This document shows positions 29,617 to 40,846 of a DNA stretch of 64,000 nucleotides, one piece after another (within the stretch, counting starts at the first letter, position 1; every line of letters starts with the position of its first letter). The stretch is taken from assembly GCA_965140705.1 (NCBI GenBank), contig OZ223300.1, positions 192,001 through 256,000 of the forward strand. Reading direction: 5' to 3'. The position numbers were made by a program, and so were the translations under genes. The notes below the pieces were generated by a model. That model made no database searches, was not told the origin of the DNA, and saw only the letters and a list, made by a program, of their open reading frames with translations. Origin of the DNA: an uncultured Arcobacter sp. (GTDB taxonomy: Bacteria; Campylobacterota; Campylobacteria; Campylobacterales; Arcobacteraceae).

Positions 29617-30507
29617 TTAACTTTTTAATAAATCTTTTAAACTATCTATTGGCTCTTTCCCATCAAGTATTCTTTTTACTTCGTTTGCTATTGGCGTATA
29701 GATATTATACTCCTTAGATAGTCTGTATATGGCTTCAGCTGTTTTAACACCCTCTGCTACTTCTCCTAATTCTTCTAAGATATCTTCAAGTTTTTTATTA
29801 AGGGCAAGTCCTAATCCTACTCTGTAATTTCTACTCATAGTAGAACTAGCTGTTAAAAACAGATCCCCTGCCCCACTTAGTCCTAAAAAAGTAGATTTTT
29901 TTGCTCCAAACTCTTTACCAAATCTTGCCATTTCTACTAGACCTCTTGAAATCAAAGAGGCTCTTGCATTGTTACCAAGTTTTAAACCATCACAAATACC
30001 ACTTGCAATGGCTAATACATTTTTATATGCACCTGCTATTTCTGCACCAATCACATCTTTTGAGTGGTAAGTTTTTAAGTATTCTGGGAAAAACTTGCTA
30101 AATTCATCATATAATTTTTTTGATGTTGAATTTATAACTATTGCTGCTGGTAGGGCTTTTATAACTTCTGCTGCAAAGGAAGGACCTGAAATAAAACCAA
30201 TATTCTTATTTGGTACAAACTTTTCATATATCTCATTAAGAAATTTTCCACTAGAAGCTTCAATTCCCTTTGATGCTACAAGTATTTTTTGTCCCTTATA
30301 AATAAAGTGTTCTTTTAGCCATTTTTTTATCTCTTGGGCAGGAATGGCAATAATTAGGTATTCACACTCCATTGCAGTCTCTAAATCAACAAAGTTTTTA
30401 ATATCTTTTTTTGTTCTTGAACTTATATAAACTTCCTGTTTTAAACTAAGAGCAAAATGTAAAGCTTGTCCCCATTTCCCTGCTCCTATAACTGCAATTT
30501 TTTTCAT
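29617..30507 (-). CDS. gpsA: NAD(P)H-dependent glycerol-3-phosphate dehydrogenase
   Basis: GAGKWG, SKGIE, SGPSFA, KNVLAIASG and GDLFLT..S.MSRN. Confidence 0.95.
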   Translation of the reverse strand: MKKIAVIGAGKWGQALHFALSLKQEVYISSRTKKDIKNFVDLETAMECEYLIIAIPAQEIKKWLKEHFIYKGQKILVASKGIEASSGKFLNEIYEKFVPNKNIGFISGPSFAAEVIKALPAAIVINSTSKKLYDEFSKFFPEYLKTYHSKDVIGAEIAGAYKNVLAIASGICDGLKLGNNARASLISRGLVEMARFGKEFGAKKSTFLGLSGAGDLFLTASSTMSRNYRVGLGLALNKKLEDILEELGEVAEGVKTAEAIYRLSKEYNIYTPIANEVKRILDGKEPIDSLKDLLKS

Positions 30508-30623
30508 AAAATACCTTTAAAATAAATAAATAATATCTATCATAATATCTAAATATTGCTTTTAAATATTTTTGCTTTATTTTTTCGTAGTTAAAATATA
30601 AAATAATTTTAAGGGATATATAA

Positions 30624-30639
30624 AGTTGTATATGCAACT
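30624..30639. promoter_or_regulatory. Putative MarR operator palindrome
   Basis: AGTTGTATATGCAACT near-perfect palindrome directly upstream of the marR RBS. Confidence 0.65.
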
Positions 30640-30657
30640 ATTATACAAGGAGTTTAA

Positions 30658-31101
30658 ATGAAAGATGCAAAAAAGATATCTCTTCCTCATAAAGTTACAC
30701 AAACTGCATATAAGATTAATCAGTGTTTATCAAAAGATTTAATTGAATTTGATATTGCTCCAGAACAAAGGGTAATCCTAGAAGTTGTGGACAAAAATGA
30801 GAAAATCTCACAAAATGAATTAAGTCAATTTCTAAAAAAAGACAAAACAACTGTATCTAGAACTTTAGATGTGATTGAAAAGAAAGGATACATTGTAAGA
30901 AAATATACAAATGAAGATAAAAGAATAAAATTTATTACCTTAACTTCTTTTGGAAAAGAGGCTTTATATAAAACAGAAGAAATTGTTACTTCCTTTAGAA
31001 AAAAAACTTTAAATAATTTTTCTAAAGAAGAGATAGATGCTTTTTTTGATTTTCTAGAAAAGCTTTCATTAAATATTGAGAGAAATGATGATGAAGAATA
31101 A
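30658..31101 (+). CDS. MarR-family regulator
   Basis: SQNELS...DKTTVSRTLD..EKKGYI.R.....DKR. Confidence 0.93.
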   Translation: MKDAKKISLPHKVTQTAYKINQCLSKDLIEFDIAPEQRVILEVVDKNEKISQNELSQFLKKDKTTVSRTLDVIEKKGYIVRKYTNEDKRIKFITLTSFGKEALYKTEEIVTSFRKKTLNNFSKEEIDAFFDFLEKLSLNIERNDDEE

Positions 31102-32224
31102 AACACTTGGTAGAAATATAATGGTTTTTGCCATTTTTTTGGCTTTTATGGGAATGGGAGTTGTTGATCCAATTTTACCAGATATTGCTCATAAACTAGG
31201 GGCTAATCATTGGCAAATAGAGATGCTTTTTAGTGCGTATATTTTAGTAATGGCCTTTATGATGTTACCAGCAGGTGTTCTTGCTACTAAATATGGTGAT
31301 AAAGTTATTATGGTGTCAGGATTAGGATTAGTTTCTGTTTTTGCTACCTTGTGTGCCTTGTCTAATTCTATATTTGAAATCTCTTTATTTCGTGCTGGCT
31401 GGGGTTTTTCAAATGCTATGTTTTTCTCAACAGCTTTAGTGATACTGATTGCTTTATCCCATGAGTATCAAAAAGCTGTAAGTCTTTTTGAAGGAGCTAT
31501 TGGATTTGGAATATCTGCTGGTCCTTTACTTGGTGGATTATTGGGCAATCACTCTTGGAGATATCCTTTTTTGGCAACGGGGGTATTGACTTTATTTGCT
31601 TTTTTTGCAGTAATTCTTTTTGTAAAAATTCCCAAATCAGAAGATAAAAGAAAAAGTATCACTTTATTGGATTTAAAAGCTCTTTTTTCAAATAAGAAGT
31701 TTGTATTAATTTCTATTTCTGCAATGTTATATTTTTATGGATTTATTGTAGTCCTTGCCTATTCACCTCTAGTTGTAAATCTAAATCCCATAGAAATAGG
31801 GTTACTATTCTTTGGTTGGGGATTGGCTTTAGCTTGTGGTTCTATAATTATTAGTACAAAATTAGAGAAAATGTATAAAGTTAAAAAAATAGTACCTGTT
31901 AGTATGTTTATTTTTTCAATAATACTTTTATGTATTATGGGAACTAATAGTAAATCCTTAATGATTATGTTAATAATACTTTCTGGGCTTTTATCTGGTA
32001 TTAATAGTTCACTTTTAACTTCTTATGTAATGGAAGTGCATTTTGAAAAAAATATCATATCTGGGGGATTTAACTTTTTGAGATGGATGGGAGCTGCTTT
32101 TGCACCTATTTTATCTGGATATATTGCTGGTGTTACAAATAATATGCAACTACCATTTTTAATAGCTGCTATATTCTCTTTAATATCTTGTTTATTGTTA
32201 TTTAAATTGAGAGTTTCAAAATAG
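31091..32224 (+). CDS. MFS transporter (efflux type); start uncertain among ATGs at 31085, 31088 and 31091
   Basis: About 12 TM helices, GPLLGGLLG..SWRYPF; overlaps marR. Confidence 0.9.
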   Translation: MKNKTLGRNIMVFAIFLAFMGMGVVDPILPDIAHKLGANHWQIEMLFSAYILVMAFMMLPAGVLATKYGDKVIMVSGLGLVSVFATLCALSNSIFEISLFRAGWGFSNAMFFSTALVILIALSHEYQKAVSLFEGAIGFGISAGPLLGGLLGNHSWRYPFLATGVLTLFAFFAVILFVKIPKSEDKRKSITLLDLKALFSNKKFVLISISAMLYFYGFIVVLAYSPLVVNLNPIEIGLLFFGWGLALACGSIIISTKLEKMYKVKKIVPVSMFIFSIILLCIMGTNSKSLMIMLIILSGLLSGINSSLLTSYVMEVHFEKNIISGGFNFLRWMGAAFAPILSGYIAGVTNNMQLPFLIAAIFSLISCLLLFKLRVSK

Positions 32225-32240
32225 AGAAGTCTCTACTTTG

Positions 32241-33659
32241 TTATGCTAATCTTTGTTTTAAAAGTTCACTTACTTTTTGAGGATTTGCAGTACCTTTACT
32301 AGCTTTCATAGTTTGACCTACAAAGAAAGCAAACATTTTTTCTTTTCCTGCTTTATATTCTGCAACTTTATCTTGGTTATTATTTAAAATTTCATCTATC
32401 ATAGTAAGTAAAGCTCCATCATCAGATACTTGTTTTAATCCTAGTTTTTCAATGACACTATCAACACTTGCGTCATTTCCCATTAGATAATCAAGTACTT
32501 CTTTAGCTGCTTTTCCAGAGATAGTATTATCTTCAATTCTTTTAACTATTGTTGCTAGTTTTTTAGCATCAACTGGTGATGTTGTTAGTGAATCTGTTAA
32601 TCTTCCTTGTAGTTCGACTGTTAACCAAGTAACTGCATTTTTACCACTGATTCCCTCTTTTAACATCTCTTCAAAGAAATTAGCCATCTCAAGTTGACTT
32701 GTAATAACACTTGCATCATAATCTTTAATTCCATAATCTTTTACAAATCTAGCTTTTTTCTCATCTGGAAGTTCTGGTATTTGTGAATATTTTTCCATCA
32801 TTTCATCTGTAATAATTACAGGTCTTAAATCTGGGTCCGGGAAATATCTATAATCAGCAGCATCTTCTTTACCTCTCATAGATCTAGTTTCACCCTTTTC
32901 TGGATCAAATAGTCTTGTTTCTTGTACTATTTCTGTTGAGTGAATACCATCTTCCCAAGCTTCAATATGTCTATTTACTTCATAAGCAATTGCTTTTTCA
33001 ATAAATTTAAATGAGTTCATATTTTTGATTTCACATCTTGTATAAAGATTTGTATCACCCTTTGGTCTAATTGAGACATTAACATCACATCTAAAGCTTC
33101 CTTCTTGCATATTAGCATCACTAATTCCAAGGTATCTTACTATTGAGTGAAGTTTTTTAAGATATAAAACTGCTTCTTCAGCTGTTCTCATATCTGGTTC
33201 TGAAACTATTTCAAGTAAAGGTGTTCCAGCTCTATTTAAATCTACGTGAGAAACTGCCCCTGCATGGATATTTTTACCTGCGTCATTTTCTAAATGTGCT
33301 CTTGTTACACCAATAGTTTTTTGGCTTCCATCTGGAAAATCAATCACAAGTTCACCAAGTCCTACAACAGGTACTTCAAATTGAGATATTTGGTAACCAG
33401 ATGGTAAATCTGGATAGAAATAGTTTTTTCTATTGAAAATAGATTTTTGGTTTATTTTTGATTTTAATGCAGTTCCTAACATAATTGCTTTATGAACAGC
33501 CTCTTTATTTAATACAGGAAGAGCTCCTGGAAGACCTAAACAAGTAGGACATACATTTGTATTTGGATCTTCTCCAAAACTAGTTGCACACGAACAAAAA
33601 AGTTTAGTTTTTGTGTTCAGTTGTACATGTACCTCAAGACCTATTATTACTTCAAACAT
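32241..33659 (-). CDS. gatB: Asp/Glu-tRNA amidotransferase subunit B
   Basis: [36 protein letters not shown] and YRYFPDPDL. Confidence 0.97.
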   Translation of the reverse strand: MFEVIIGLEVHVQLNTKTKLFCSCATSFGEDPNTNVCPTCLGLPGALPVLNKEAVHKAIMLGTALKSKINQKSIFNRKNYFYPDLPSGYQISQFEVPVVGLGELVIDFPDGSQKTIGVTRAHLENDAGKNIHAGAVSHVDLNRAGTPLLEIVSEPDMRTAEEAVLYLKKLHSIVRYLGISDANMQEGSFRCDVNVSIRPKGDTNLYTRCEIKNMNSFKFIEKAIAYEVNRHIEAWEDGIHSTEIVQETRLFDPEKGETRSMRGKEDAADYRYFPDPDLRPVIITDEMMEKYSQIPELPDEKKARFVKDYGIKDYDASVITSQLEMANFFEEMLKEGISGKNAVTWLTVELQGRLTDSLTTSPVDAKKLATIVKRIEDNTISGKAAKEVLDYLMGNDASVDSVIEKLGLKQVSDDGALLTMIDEILNNNQDKVAEYKAGKEKMFAFFVGQTMKASKGTANPQKVSELLKQRLA

Positions 33660-33668
33660 CTATTTCCT

Positions 33669-34520
33669 TTATCTAATTACTTTTATATCAGCTGTTAATT
33701 TTAATTTTTCAAAATACTCTTTTAAGAATTTTTGTTCTCTTTCACCCATTAATGCATTAAAGATTTTTTCTTTTACATCATCAAATTTTAAAGTACTAAC
33801 TCCACTTTTATTTTTTACAAAAAACATTACAAAAGTTCTATCTGCTGTAAAAATCGGAGTAAAAGTTCCATTTTTTGTATCATTTAAAAGGAATTTTAAT
33901 TGCGGATTTAATTTTTCTTGCTCTAGGGTAAAATCTTTTTTTACAACATCATTTAAAATTGCCATTGGGTTTTGTGATATTGTTATTAGAGATCTTTTAT
34001 TTTTACTTGCATATTGAGTTACATTTATTTTTGCAGCAGTTGTAAACATTGCTTTGTTATTATCATAATAGATTTTCAAATCTTCTTCTGTAGCAATAGG
34101 AATATTTCCACGTACTAGTTTTGCTGCAAGTTTTTTCTTCATAAGCTCTTTTTTAATGTTATCTTCAAACTCATCAAAGTTTTTATTTTTTTGTCGAAGG
34201 ATTGATTTAAATGTATATAAATCCATACCATTAGAGGCAGCTAGTTTTTCCAAATAATCATTAACTTCAAAAATATCAACTGTTATATTTTGTTTTTCAA
34301 GTTCTTGTTTATATAAAATTTGGTCAATTAATTCACTAACAGCAGCTGCTTTTTTCAAATGTGTTTCTGCCATTTTTTGATTTATATCACTTGTAGTTAT
34401 TGGTTCATCATTTACTGTTAAGGCCAAAGCATCTATCATTTGAGCATTTGAAAATGTGAATGTTGCCATCAAAGTAAAAAGAACTCTTTTAGCAAAAAGT
34501 TTAATTTGCTTATCTTTCAT
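33669..34520 (-). CDS. SurA-like periplasmic chaperone/PPIase
   Basis: Signal peptide, ALTVNDEPIT..DI SurA N-domain, KLKLTADIKVI tail. Confidence 0.8.
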   Translation of the reverse strand: MKDKQIKLFAKRVLFTLMATFTFSNAQMIDALALTVNDEPITTSDINQKMAETHLKKAAAVSELIDQILYKQELEKQNITVDIFEVNDYLEKLAASNGMDLYTFKSILRQKNKNFDEFEDNIKKELMKKKLAAKLVRGNIPIATEEDLKIYYDNNKAMFTTAAKINVTQYASKNKRSLITISQNPMAILNDVVKKDFTLEQEKLNPQLKFLLNDTKNGTFTPIFTADRTFVMFFVKNKSGVSTLKFDDVKEKIFNALMGEREQKFLKEYFEKLKLTADIKVIR

Positions 34521-34595
34521 CGTTTAATCCTTTTTTATAAAGCAAATATTCTACCACAAAGTTGGTAAAATATTTGTTTGATGAAAGTTGTGTTT

Positions 34596-37427
34596 TTAAA
34601 CTTTTGTAGAACTACATCTATTTACTAAATATAAAATTGAGTTATAGTCGAGTCCTGAGTGCTCACTTAATCCTATTTCACAAGTTTTTGATGTAGAAAA
34701 TGCAAGTTTTGCTTTTGAGGTTTGTTCTTTTAGTTTACTAAGGGCTGAATCATTTAATTCAGGAAAATTAAATCCTCTATCCCCTGCAAATCCACAACAT
34801 TTTACATCTGTTGGAACTATTACTTCATTGGCACATAGTTTCGCAAGATTAATAAATTTTTCATGTATACCCATTTTTCTTGAACTACAAGTTGAGTGTA
34901 TTGTTATTGGTTCATCTATTTTAGTAAGTTCTAATTCATTTACTACATGGTCTAAACAAAATTCAATAGGTTCATAAATCTTAATATCACTAATAAAACT
35001 CTCATGCATCTTTTTAGTACAAGGACTTGTATCACAAAGAATAGGATATTCTCCATTAGAACTTGCATCTATTAAAGCTTGTTCTAGTTGTATTGATTTA
35101 TGTTCAGCTTGTTTTTTAAATCCTTTTGATGAAAAAGGCATACCACAACATAACTCTTCAAGCTCTTTTGGTAATATAATTTCAAAACCTGCTTTTTGAA
35201 GAACTTCAACTGTTGTATCATATAAGGTTTTCTCTTCTTGAGAAAAACTACTTTGTCCCATAGTTCTACTTAAACAAGAAGGGAAATAGACTACTTTTTT
35301 ATCACTTGCTTTATTTGCAAATTTTTTATTTATACTTAATCCACTAGGTAGTGTAGCACTCCATTTTGGTGTTCCTAATAGTTTTCTAAAACTATTTGTC
35401 ATTCCACCCATTAAAGAAGTTCCTACTAAATTGTGAACAAGGTTTGCACCTTTTAGCCCTACTCTCATACCACTTAGTGTAGTAGAAAAGTTATTTGCAA
35501 TAAATGTAGCAATTTTATCTTGTGTTGGAGTTATTCTTTCATGTCTTAGATACTTCGTAAGAGCTCCTGTATCAATTCCTACTGGACAGGCAGTTGAACA
35601 TAAACTACATGTTGCACAAGTCTCTATACCATCATATACATATGCCTCTTTTAACTCATCTGCTTCTTTTTGTTCACCAATTGATTCTAGTCTACTTATT
35701 TCTCTATTTGCAACAATTCTATGTCTTGGCGTAAAAGTAATGGCATTTGAAGGACACATTGGCTCACAAAATCCACACTCAATACAAGTATCAACTAAAT
35801 CATTAGTTTGTGGTAATGGCTTTAGGTTTTTTAAATGGGCTTGTTTATCATGATTTATAATTACACCTGGATTTAAAATACCACTTGGGTCAAAGATATT
35901 TTTAATACTTTCCATCATATCAAAAGCAGTTTTACCCCATTCTAACTCTATAAATGCAGCCATGTTTCTACCTGTACCATGCTCTGCTTTTAAGCTTCCT
36001 TGATATTTTAAGGCAACTGAATTAGTAACATCATTCATAAATTCATCGTATCTTTTAATCTCTTTTTCATCATTAAAATCTTGTGTAAATACAAAGTGAA
36101 AATTTCCATCTAAGGCATGTCCAAAAATAAGTGCTTCATGGTAACCATGTTTTTCAAATAAGCTTTGAAGTTCTAATGTTGCTTCTGATAAAGATTCTAT
36201 TGGATAAGCAACATCTTCAATAATAACTGTTGTTCCTATTTTTCGCACAGCTCCCACAGCCGGGAAAAGACCTTTTCTTATTTTCCAAAATAGAGTATAT
36301 TCTTCCACTTTTGAAGTAAACTCTATCTCTCTTACAGTTGTAAATTCACTTAAAAGAGTCTCTATCTCTTTTGTTTGTTTTGTCAAGACTGTTTTTTTAC
36401 TAGCTCTTGTTTCAACTAATAAAGCTGTTACTTCATTATTGAACTCTTTTAAATATTCTGGCATTCCCTCTTTATCTTGTACAGATTTTAAGGCTTTATT
36501 ATCCATAAGTTCAACAGCATCTACAACTATTTTTTTATCATCTTTTGCTAGTTTAAGTTTTGCCACTGCATCACAGGCATCTTTAATATTTTGAAAAAAT
36601 ATTAAAGCACTTGCTTTATTTGGATAATCTTCAACTGTGTTGTAAGTTACTTCTTCAATAAAGGCTAAAGTCCCTTCACTACCAATTATTAGGTGTGATA
36701 AAATATCAAATTCATCTTCATAATCAATAAGGGCATTTAAAGAGTAACCACAGGTATTTTTTATCTTATATTTTTTTTCAATAAGTTTACTTAACTCTTT
36801 ATTATCTTTAGTGATTTTTGATAATTCTTTTAAATCATTTAAAAGTTTTCCATGCTCTTTTTTAAACTCTTTTTTTGATTTTTCACTAGCAGTATCAAGT
36901 CTTGTTCCATCTGCCATAATAAGTTTTATTGATTTGAGTGTTTTATATGAGTTTTGTGAAGTTCCACAACACATACCTGAAGCATTATTTGCTGCAATTC
37001 CACCTATCATAGCGGCATTTATACTTGCTGGATCTGGTCCTATTTTTTTATTAAACTCTTTTAATATATTATTTGCTTGTTCACCTGTAATTGCAGGTTC
37101 TAAACTTATATAACTTTTATCTTCTGCTAATTTAAAATTAGTAAATTTTCTTGATGTAATTATCAAAATAGAATCACTAATTGCTTGTCCCGATAAAGAG
37201 GTTCCCCCTGCTCTAAAAGTGATTGGTAATTCTCTTTTATATGCTTCTTTTATGATAGTTTGTACTTCATCTGAATTGTCTGCTTTTATTACAATTTTTG
37301 GAAGTAGTCTATAAAATGATGCATCAGTCCCATAAACTAAAGTATGTAGTTTATCTGTAAAAATCCTATTATGTTCAATATTTTTAGAAATGCTTTCTAA
37401 AAAATCTTTGTATTTCCCTTCTAACAT
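34596..37427 (-). CDS. FAD/Fe-S D-lactate dehydrogenase (Dld-II type)
   Basis: FRAGGTSLSGQA, GHALDGNFHF, KAEHGTGRN, two CxxCxxCxxxCP motifs, CCG domains; lactate island context. Confidence 0.88.
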   Translation of the reverse strand: MLEGKYKDFLESISKNIEHNRIFTDKLHTLVYGTDASFYRLLPKIVIKADNSDEVQTIIKEAYKRELPITFRAGGTSLSGQAISDSILIITSRKFTNFKLAEDKSYISLEPAITGEQANNILKEFNKKIGPDPASINAAMIGGIAANNASGMCCGTSQNSYKTLKSIKLIMADGTRLDTASEKSKKEFKKEHGKLLNDLKELSKITKDNKELSKLIEKKYKIKNTCGYSLNALIDYEDEFDILSHLIIGSEGTLAFIEEVTYNTVEDYPNKASALIFFQNIKDACDAVAKLKLAKDDKKIVVDAVELMDNKALKSVQDKEGMPEYLKEFNNEVTALLVETRASKKTVLTKQTKEIETLLSEFTTVREIEFTSKVEEYTLFWKIRKGLFPAVGAVRKIGTTVIIEDVAYPIESLSEATLELQSLFEKHGYHEALIFGHALDGNFHFVFTQDFNDEKEIKRYDEFMNDVTNSVALKYQGSLKAEHGTGRNMAAFIELEWGKTAFDMMESIKNIFDPSGILNPGVIINHDKQAHLKNLKPLPQTNDLVDTCIECGFCEPMCPSNAITFTPRHRIVANREISRLESIGEQKEADELKEAYVYDGIETCATCSLCSTACPVGIDTGALTKYLRHERITPTQDKIATFIANNFSTTLSGMRVGLKGANLVHNLVGTSLMGGMTNSFRKLLGTPKWSATLPSGLSINKKFANKASDKKVVYFPSCLSRTMGQSSFSQEEKTLYDTTVEVLQKAGFEIILPKELEELCCGMPFSSKGFKKQAEHKSIQLEQALIDASSNGEYPILCDTSPCTKKMHESFISDIKIYEPIEFCLDHVVNELELTKIDEPITIHSTCSSRKMGIHEKFINLAKLCANEVIVPTDVKCCGFAGDRGFNFPELNDSALSKLKEQTSKAKLAFSTSKTCEIGLSEHSGLDYNSILYLVNRCSSTKV

Positions 37428-37603
37428 TTGAAATCCTTTTTAATTTTTTATAATTTTAATAAATCAAAAAGAGTCATCTACTCTAGTCTAGGTACTGTGT
37501 ATATTCTTTGTTGTGGGTCATTAATAAATGAGTGCATTATGTCACGATGTTTTAAAATTATATTTAATAACAGTTCTAAAAATTGTGACATAATCCCTCT
37601 TTG

Positions 37604-38965
37604 TTAGTTTGTAATACTCATTCCAAATATTTGTGGATAGAATGCAACTAGTGCTAATATAACTATTTGTATTAAAATAAATGGTAAAACACCTTTGTAA
37701 ATATCTATTGTCCTCACTCCATCCGGGGCACAGCCTTTTAAATAAAAGAGTGCAAACCCAAACGGTGGGGTTAAGAATGATGTTTGTAAATTCATTGCTA
37801 TTAAAATAGCAAACCATACTGGGTCAATTCCTAATGTTTGTGAAACAGGAATTAATATTGGTACTATTATATATGAAATTTCTATAAAATCAATAAAGAA
37901 ACCTAAAAATAATATAGCTAACATTGTAAATATTATAAATGACCATTTTCCATCACCACCTGGTAAGTTCAACATAAAGTCATGTACAATATCTTCTCCA
38001 CCTGTATATGAAAATACCATAGAAAATGCTGTTGCACCGATTAAAATAGCAAATACCATTGATGTGATTTTAACAGATTCTAAAGCAGCTTCTTTTACCA
38101 TAGCAGTTGTAAAAGTTCTATACATTAAAGATAAGAAAATCGCCCCTAAACATCCAACTGCAGCAGATTCTGTTGGTGTTGCAACACCTTCAAAAATAGA
38201 ACCTAAAACTAAAACAATAAGAGTTAGTGAAGGAATAATTGCAATAAGTGCTTGTATTATTTGTTGTTTTTTTGTTCCCATATCTGCATGTTTTGGAATA
38301 GCTGGTGCCATATCTTTTTTAAAATATGAAACAATTAATATAAAAAGAATATAAGCAACAACTAGAGCAAGTCCTGGCCAAACAGCAGCTGAAAATAGAT
38401 CACCAACTGGAACTTGGAATACATCACCTAATATAATTAATACTAAAGAAGGAGGAATGATTTGTCCTAGTGTTCCAGAGGCACAGATTGTTCCAGCAGC
38501 AAGAGGAACATTATATTTGTATTTCATCATAACTGGAAGTGAAATTACCCCCATAGCTACAACAGATGCTCCAACAACTCCAGTTGAAGCAGCAAGTAGT
38601 GTTCCTACAAGTACAGTAGAAATTGCAACTCCACCTCTAATCTCTCCAAATAAGAATCCCATAGATTCAAGTAATTTTTCAGCAAGACCAGTTTTTTGTA
38701 AAACAATACCCATAAAAATAAACATAGGAATAGCCATCAAAATAGTATTTTGTTGAATTGCATAAATCCTAAAAGGCATATAATCAAACATTAATATACC
38801 TTCATGAATACCTTCAATCAAGCTATGTAAACTACCATCAAAACCAATTTCTACAATTCCAGCGATTAATCCAAAAAATACTGAAACAGCACCAAAAGTA
38901 AAGGCAACTGGAAATCCAATTAACAGCATAAATAATGCTGTAAAAAACATTACTACACCAATCAT
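37604..38965 (-). CDS. TRAP transporter large permease DctM
   Basis: SGTLGQIIPPS, ATPTESAAVG and SFLTPPFG. Confidence 0.95.
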   Translation of the reverse strand: MIGVVMFFTALFMLLIGFPVAFTFGAVSVFFGLIAGIVEIGFDGSLHSLIEGIHEGILMFDYMPFRIYAIQQNTILMAIPMFIFMGIVLQKTGLAEKLLESMGFLFGEIRGGVAISTVLVGTLLAASTGVVGASVVAMGVISLPVMMKYKYNVPLAAGTICASGTLGQIIPPSLVLIILGDVFQVPVGDLFSAAVWPGLALVVAYILFILIVSYFKKDMAPAIPKHADMGTKKQQIIQALIAIIPSLTLIVLVLGSIFEGVATPTESAAVGCLGAIFLSLMYRTFTTAMVKEAALESVKITSMVFAILIGATAFSMVFSYTGGEDIVHDFMLNLPGGDGKWSFIIFTMLAILFLGFFIDFIEISYIIVPILIPVSQTLGIDPVWFAILIAMNLQTSFLTPPFGFALFYLKGCAPDGVRTIDIYKGVLPFILIQIVILALVAFYPQIFGMSITN

Positions 38966-39570
38966 TTAGAGTCTCCTCTTTCATCAATATCAATAGTATG
39001 AAATTTATGTTGTTCTAAATCACATTTTAAATTTGATATTTCACCTTTTAAGTTATAATCATCTGATGGGTGAAGACCTTTGTAGATATTTAAGTTTTTA
39101 ATGAAATAACCAATTGATGTTATTATTAAAAGTAAAAATGATAAAGGAATTAGAGATTTAACAATCCATCTATAAGGTAATCCTCCTGGATCGCCACTTT
39201 GTTCCATTGATAGGTATGCTTCATGGGCATTATTAATTGAACTAAGTCCTACAAGTATTGCTATTGGTAATATAAAAGTAATAACACCAACCATATTAAT
39301 CATAGCTTTTTTTCTATCAGGTAATCTATCATAAATTAAGTCTACTCTTACATGTCCATCTTCTTTTAAAGTATATGACATTCCTAAAAGTATAACTACA
39401 GAGAATAGATGCCACTCCATCTCTTGCATTGCTATACTTCCATCTCTAAAAAAGTATCTCATGATTACATCATAAAAGACATTTAAAATCATAAGTACCA
39501 TAGTAATAGAAGTAATAGTTCCAATAAAATCAGCAAATTTATCGAAACCTTTTTCTAATTTTAACAGCAT
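38962..39570 (-). CDS. TRAP transporter small permease DctQ
   Basis: QEMEWHLF and DGHVRVDLIY. Confidence 0.93.
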   Translation of the reverse strand: MLLKLEKGFDKFADFIGTITSITMVLMILNVFYDVIMRYFFRDGSIAMQEMEWHLFSVVILLGMSYTLKEDGHVRVDLIYDRLPDRKKAMINMVGVITFILPIAILVGLSSINNAHEAYLSMEQSGDPGGLPYRWIVKSLIPLSFLLLIITSIGYFIKNLNIYKGLHPSDDYNLKGEISNLKCDLEQHKFHTIDIDERGDSK

Positions 39571-39643
39571 AAAAAATTCCTTTGGGTTTTCAAATAAGTC
39601 AGATAAATATACTTTATAAGTACATTTATCTAATATATAAAAG

Positions 39644-39671
39644 GTTTAATCCCTTAAAAAAGGGATTAAAC
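39644..39671 (-). terminator. Stem-loop between dctP and dctQ (terminator or mRNA stabiliser)
   Basis: GTTTAATCCCTT-aaaa-AAGGGATTAAAC, 12-bp perfect stem; a second imperfect hairpin at 39601-39631. Confidence 0.7.
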
Positions 39672-39678
39672 AAACTTC

Positions 39679-40752
39679 TTATAAATTGTCTTTTAAGTAT
39701 AAGTAGTCTGACATTTTTGTCCACTCTCTAACTTTCTTTTGATAAGCTTCTTGTGAATCTAAAACTTCTTTTAATAAAGGATGACCTTTAACCATTTCCT
39801 CTCTTAGTTCTTTGTTTGCTTTTTTCATAGCATCCATAACTGGTTTTGGAAAAGTTTTAACTTTAATATTTGGGTAATCTTTTTTCATTTTTTCCCAAGC
39901 AGTCGCACTCATGTCATAATTTTGAATATACATATCATAAGAACTTAATTTCATTGCTGTTACTAAAATCGCTTGTAAGTCTTTTGGAAGTTTATCATAT
40001 GCTCTTTTATTTACTAAAAATTGTAACTCAGTTGCTGGTTCATGCCAACCTGTATAGTAATAAGGTGCAATTTTATGGAATCCCATATTGATATCCATTC
40101 CTGGTCCAACCCATTCTAAGGCATCAATTGTTCCTCTTTCAAGTGAAGTATATAATTCACCTGGAGCAATATTTGTAACTGTAAGACCTAGTTTTGCCAT
40201 AATTTCTCCTGCAAAACCAGGAATTCTCATTTTAAGACCTTTTAAGTCATCAAGTGATTTAATTTCTTTTCTAAACCATCCACCCATTTGAGCGCCAGTA
40301 TTTCCTCCAGGGAAAGATAACATCTTATGTGGTGCATAAGCTTTTTCCATTAATTCCATTCCCCCACCGTAATAGAACCATGCATATTGCTCAGGTGCAG
40401 TCATACCAAATGGCATTGTTGTAAATGGTAATAGATTGATATCTTTACCTTTCCAATAATATGATGCAGAGTGTCCCATTTCATATTGACCCCCTTGTAC
40501 CATATCTAAAACACCAAATGGAGCTTTATGTTTATTAGCAGCATCTACTCTAATTTGTAGTCTACCATTAGACATTTTTTCTACCATTTCTGCCATTTTT
40601 GTAGGTGCATCAATAAATGGATGTAGCGTAGGCCCCCACGTTGTTGCTAATTTCCACTTATATACTTTATCTGCAGCTAATGAAGCAGTACTAAGCCCCG
40701 CAAGTACTACTGAAGCTACTAGTAACTTAGTTGTTTTACTAAACATTTTCAT
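39679..40752 (-). CDS. TRAP substrate-binding protein DctP (TakP/lactate-binding type)
   Basis: Signal peptide, YYWKGK, GNTGAQMGGWF, KMRIPG, EWVGP and GWHEP. Confidence 0.93.
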   Translation of the reverse strand: MKMFSKTTKLLVASVVLAGLSTASLAADKVYKWKLATTWGPTLHPFIDAPTKMAEMVEKMSNGRLQIRVDAANKHKAPFGVLDMVQGGQYEMGHSASYYWKGKDINLLPFTTMPFGMTAPEQYAWFYYGGGMELMEKAYAPHKMLSFPGGNTGAQMGGWFRKEIKSLDDLKGLKMRIPGFAGEIMAKLGLTVTNIAPGELYTSLERGTIDALEWVGPGMDINMGFHKIAPYYYTGWHEPATELQFLVNKRAYDKLPKDLQAILVTAMKLSSYDMYIQNYDMSATAWEKMKKDYPNIKVKTFPKPVMDAMKKANKELREEMVKGHPLLKEVLDSQEAYQKKVREWTKMSDYLYLKDNL

Positions 40753-40780
40753 ATATTCTCCTTTTTATTTGTTCACATAA

Positions 40781-40813
40781 ATTGTAACTTGTGAATATGA
40801 TAATGAAATGATA
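40781..40813 (-). promoter_or_regulatory. dctP promoter: tandem TATCAT repeats followed by -10
   Basis: Minus strand TATCAT-N5-TATCAT-N10-TACAAT. Confidence 0.6.
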
Positions 40814-40846
40814 TTTTAAGCTTAATTATTTAAAGTGGGCTAAAAT

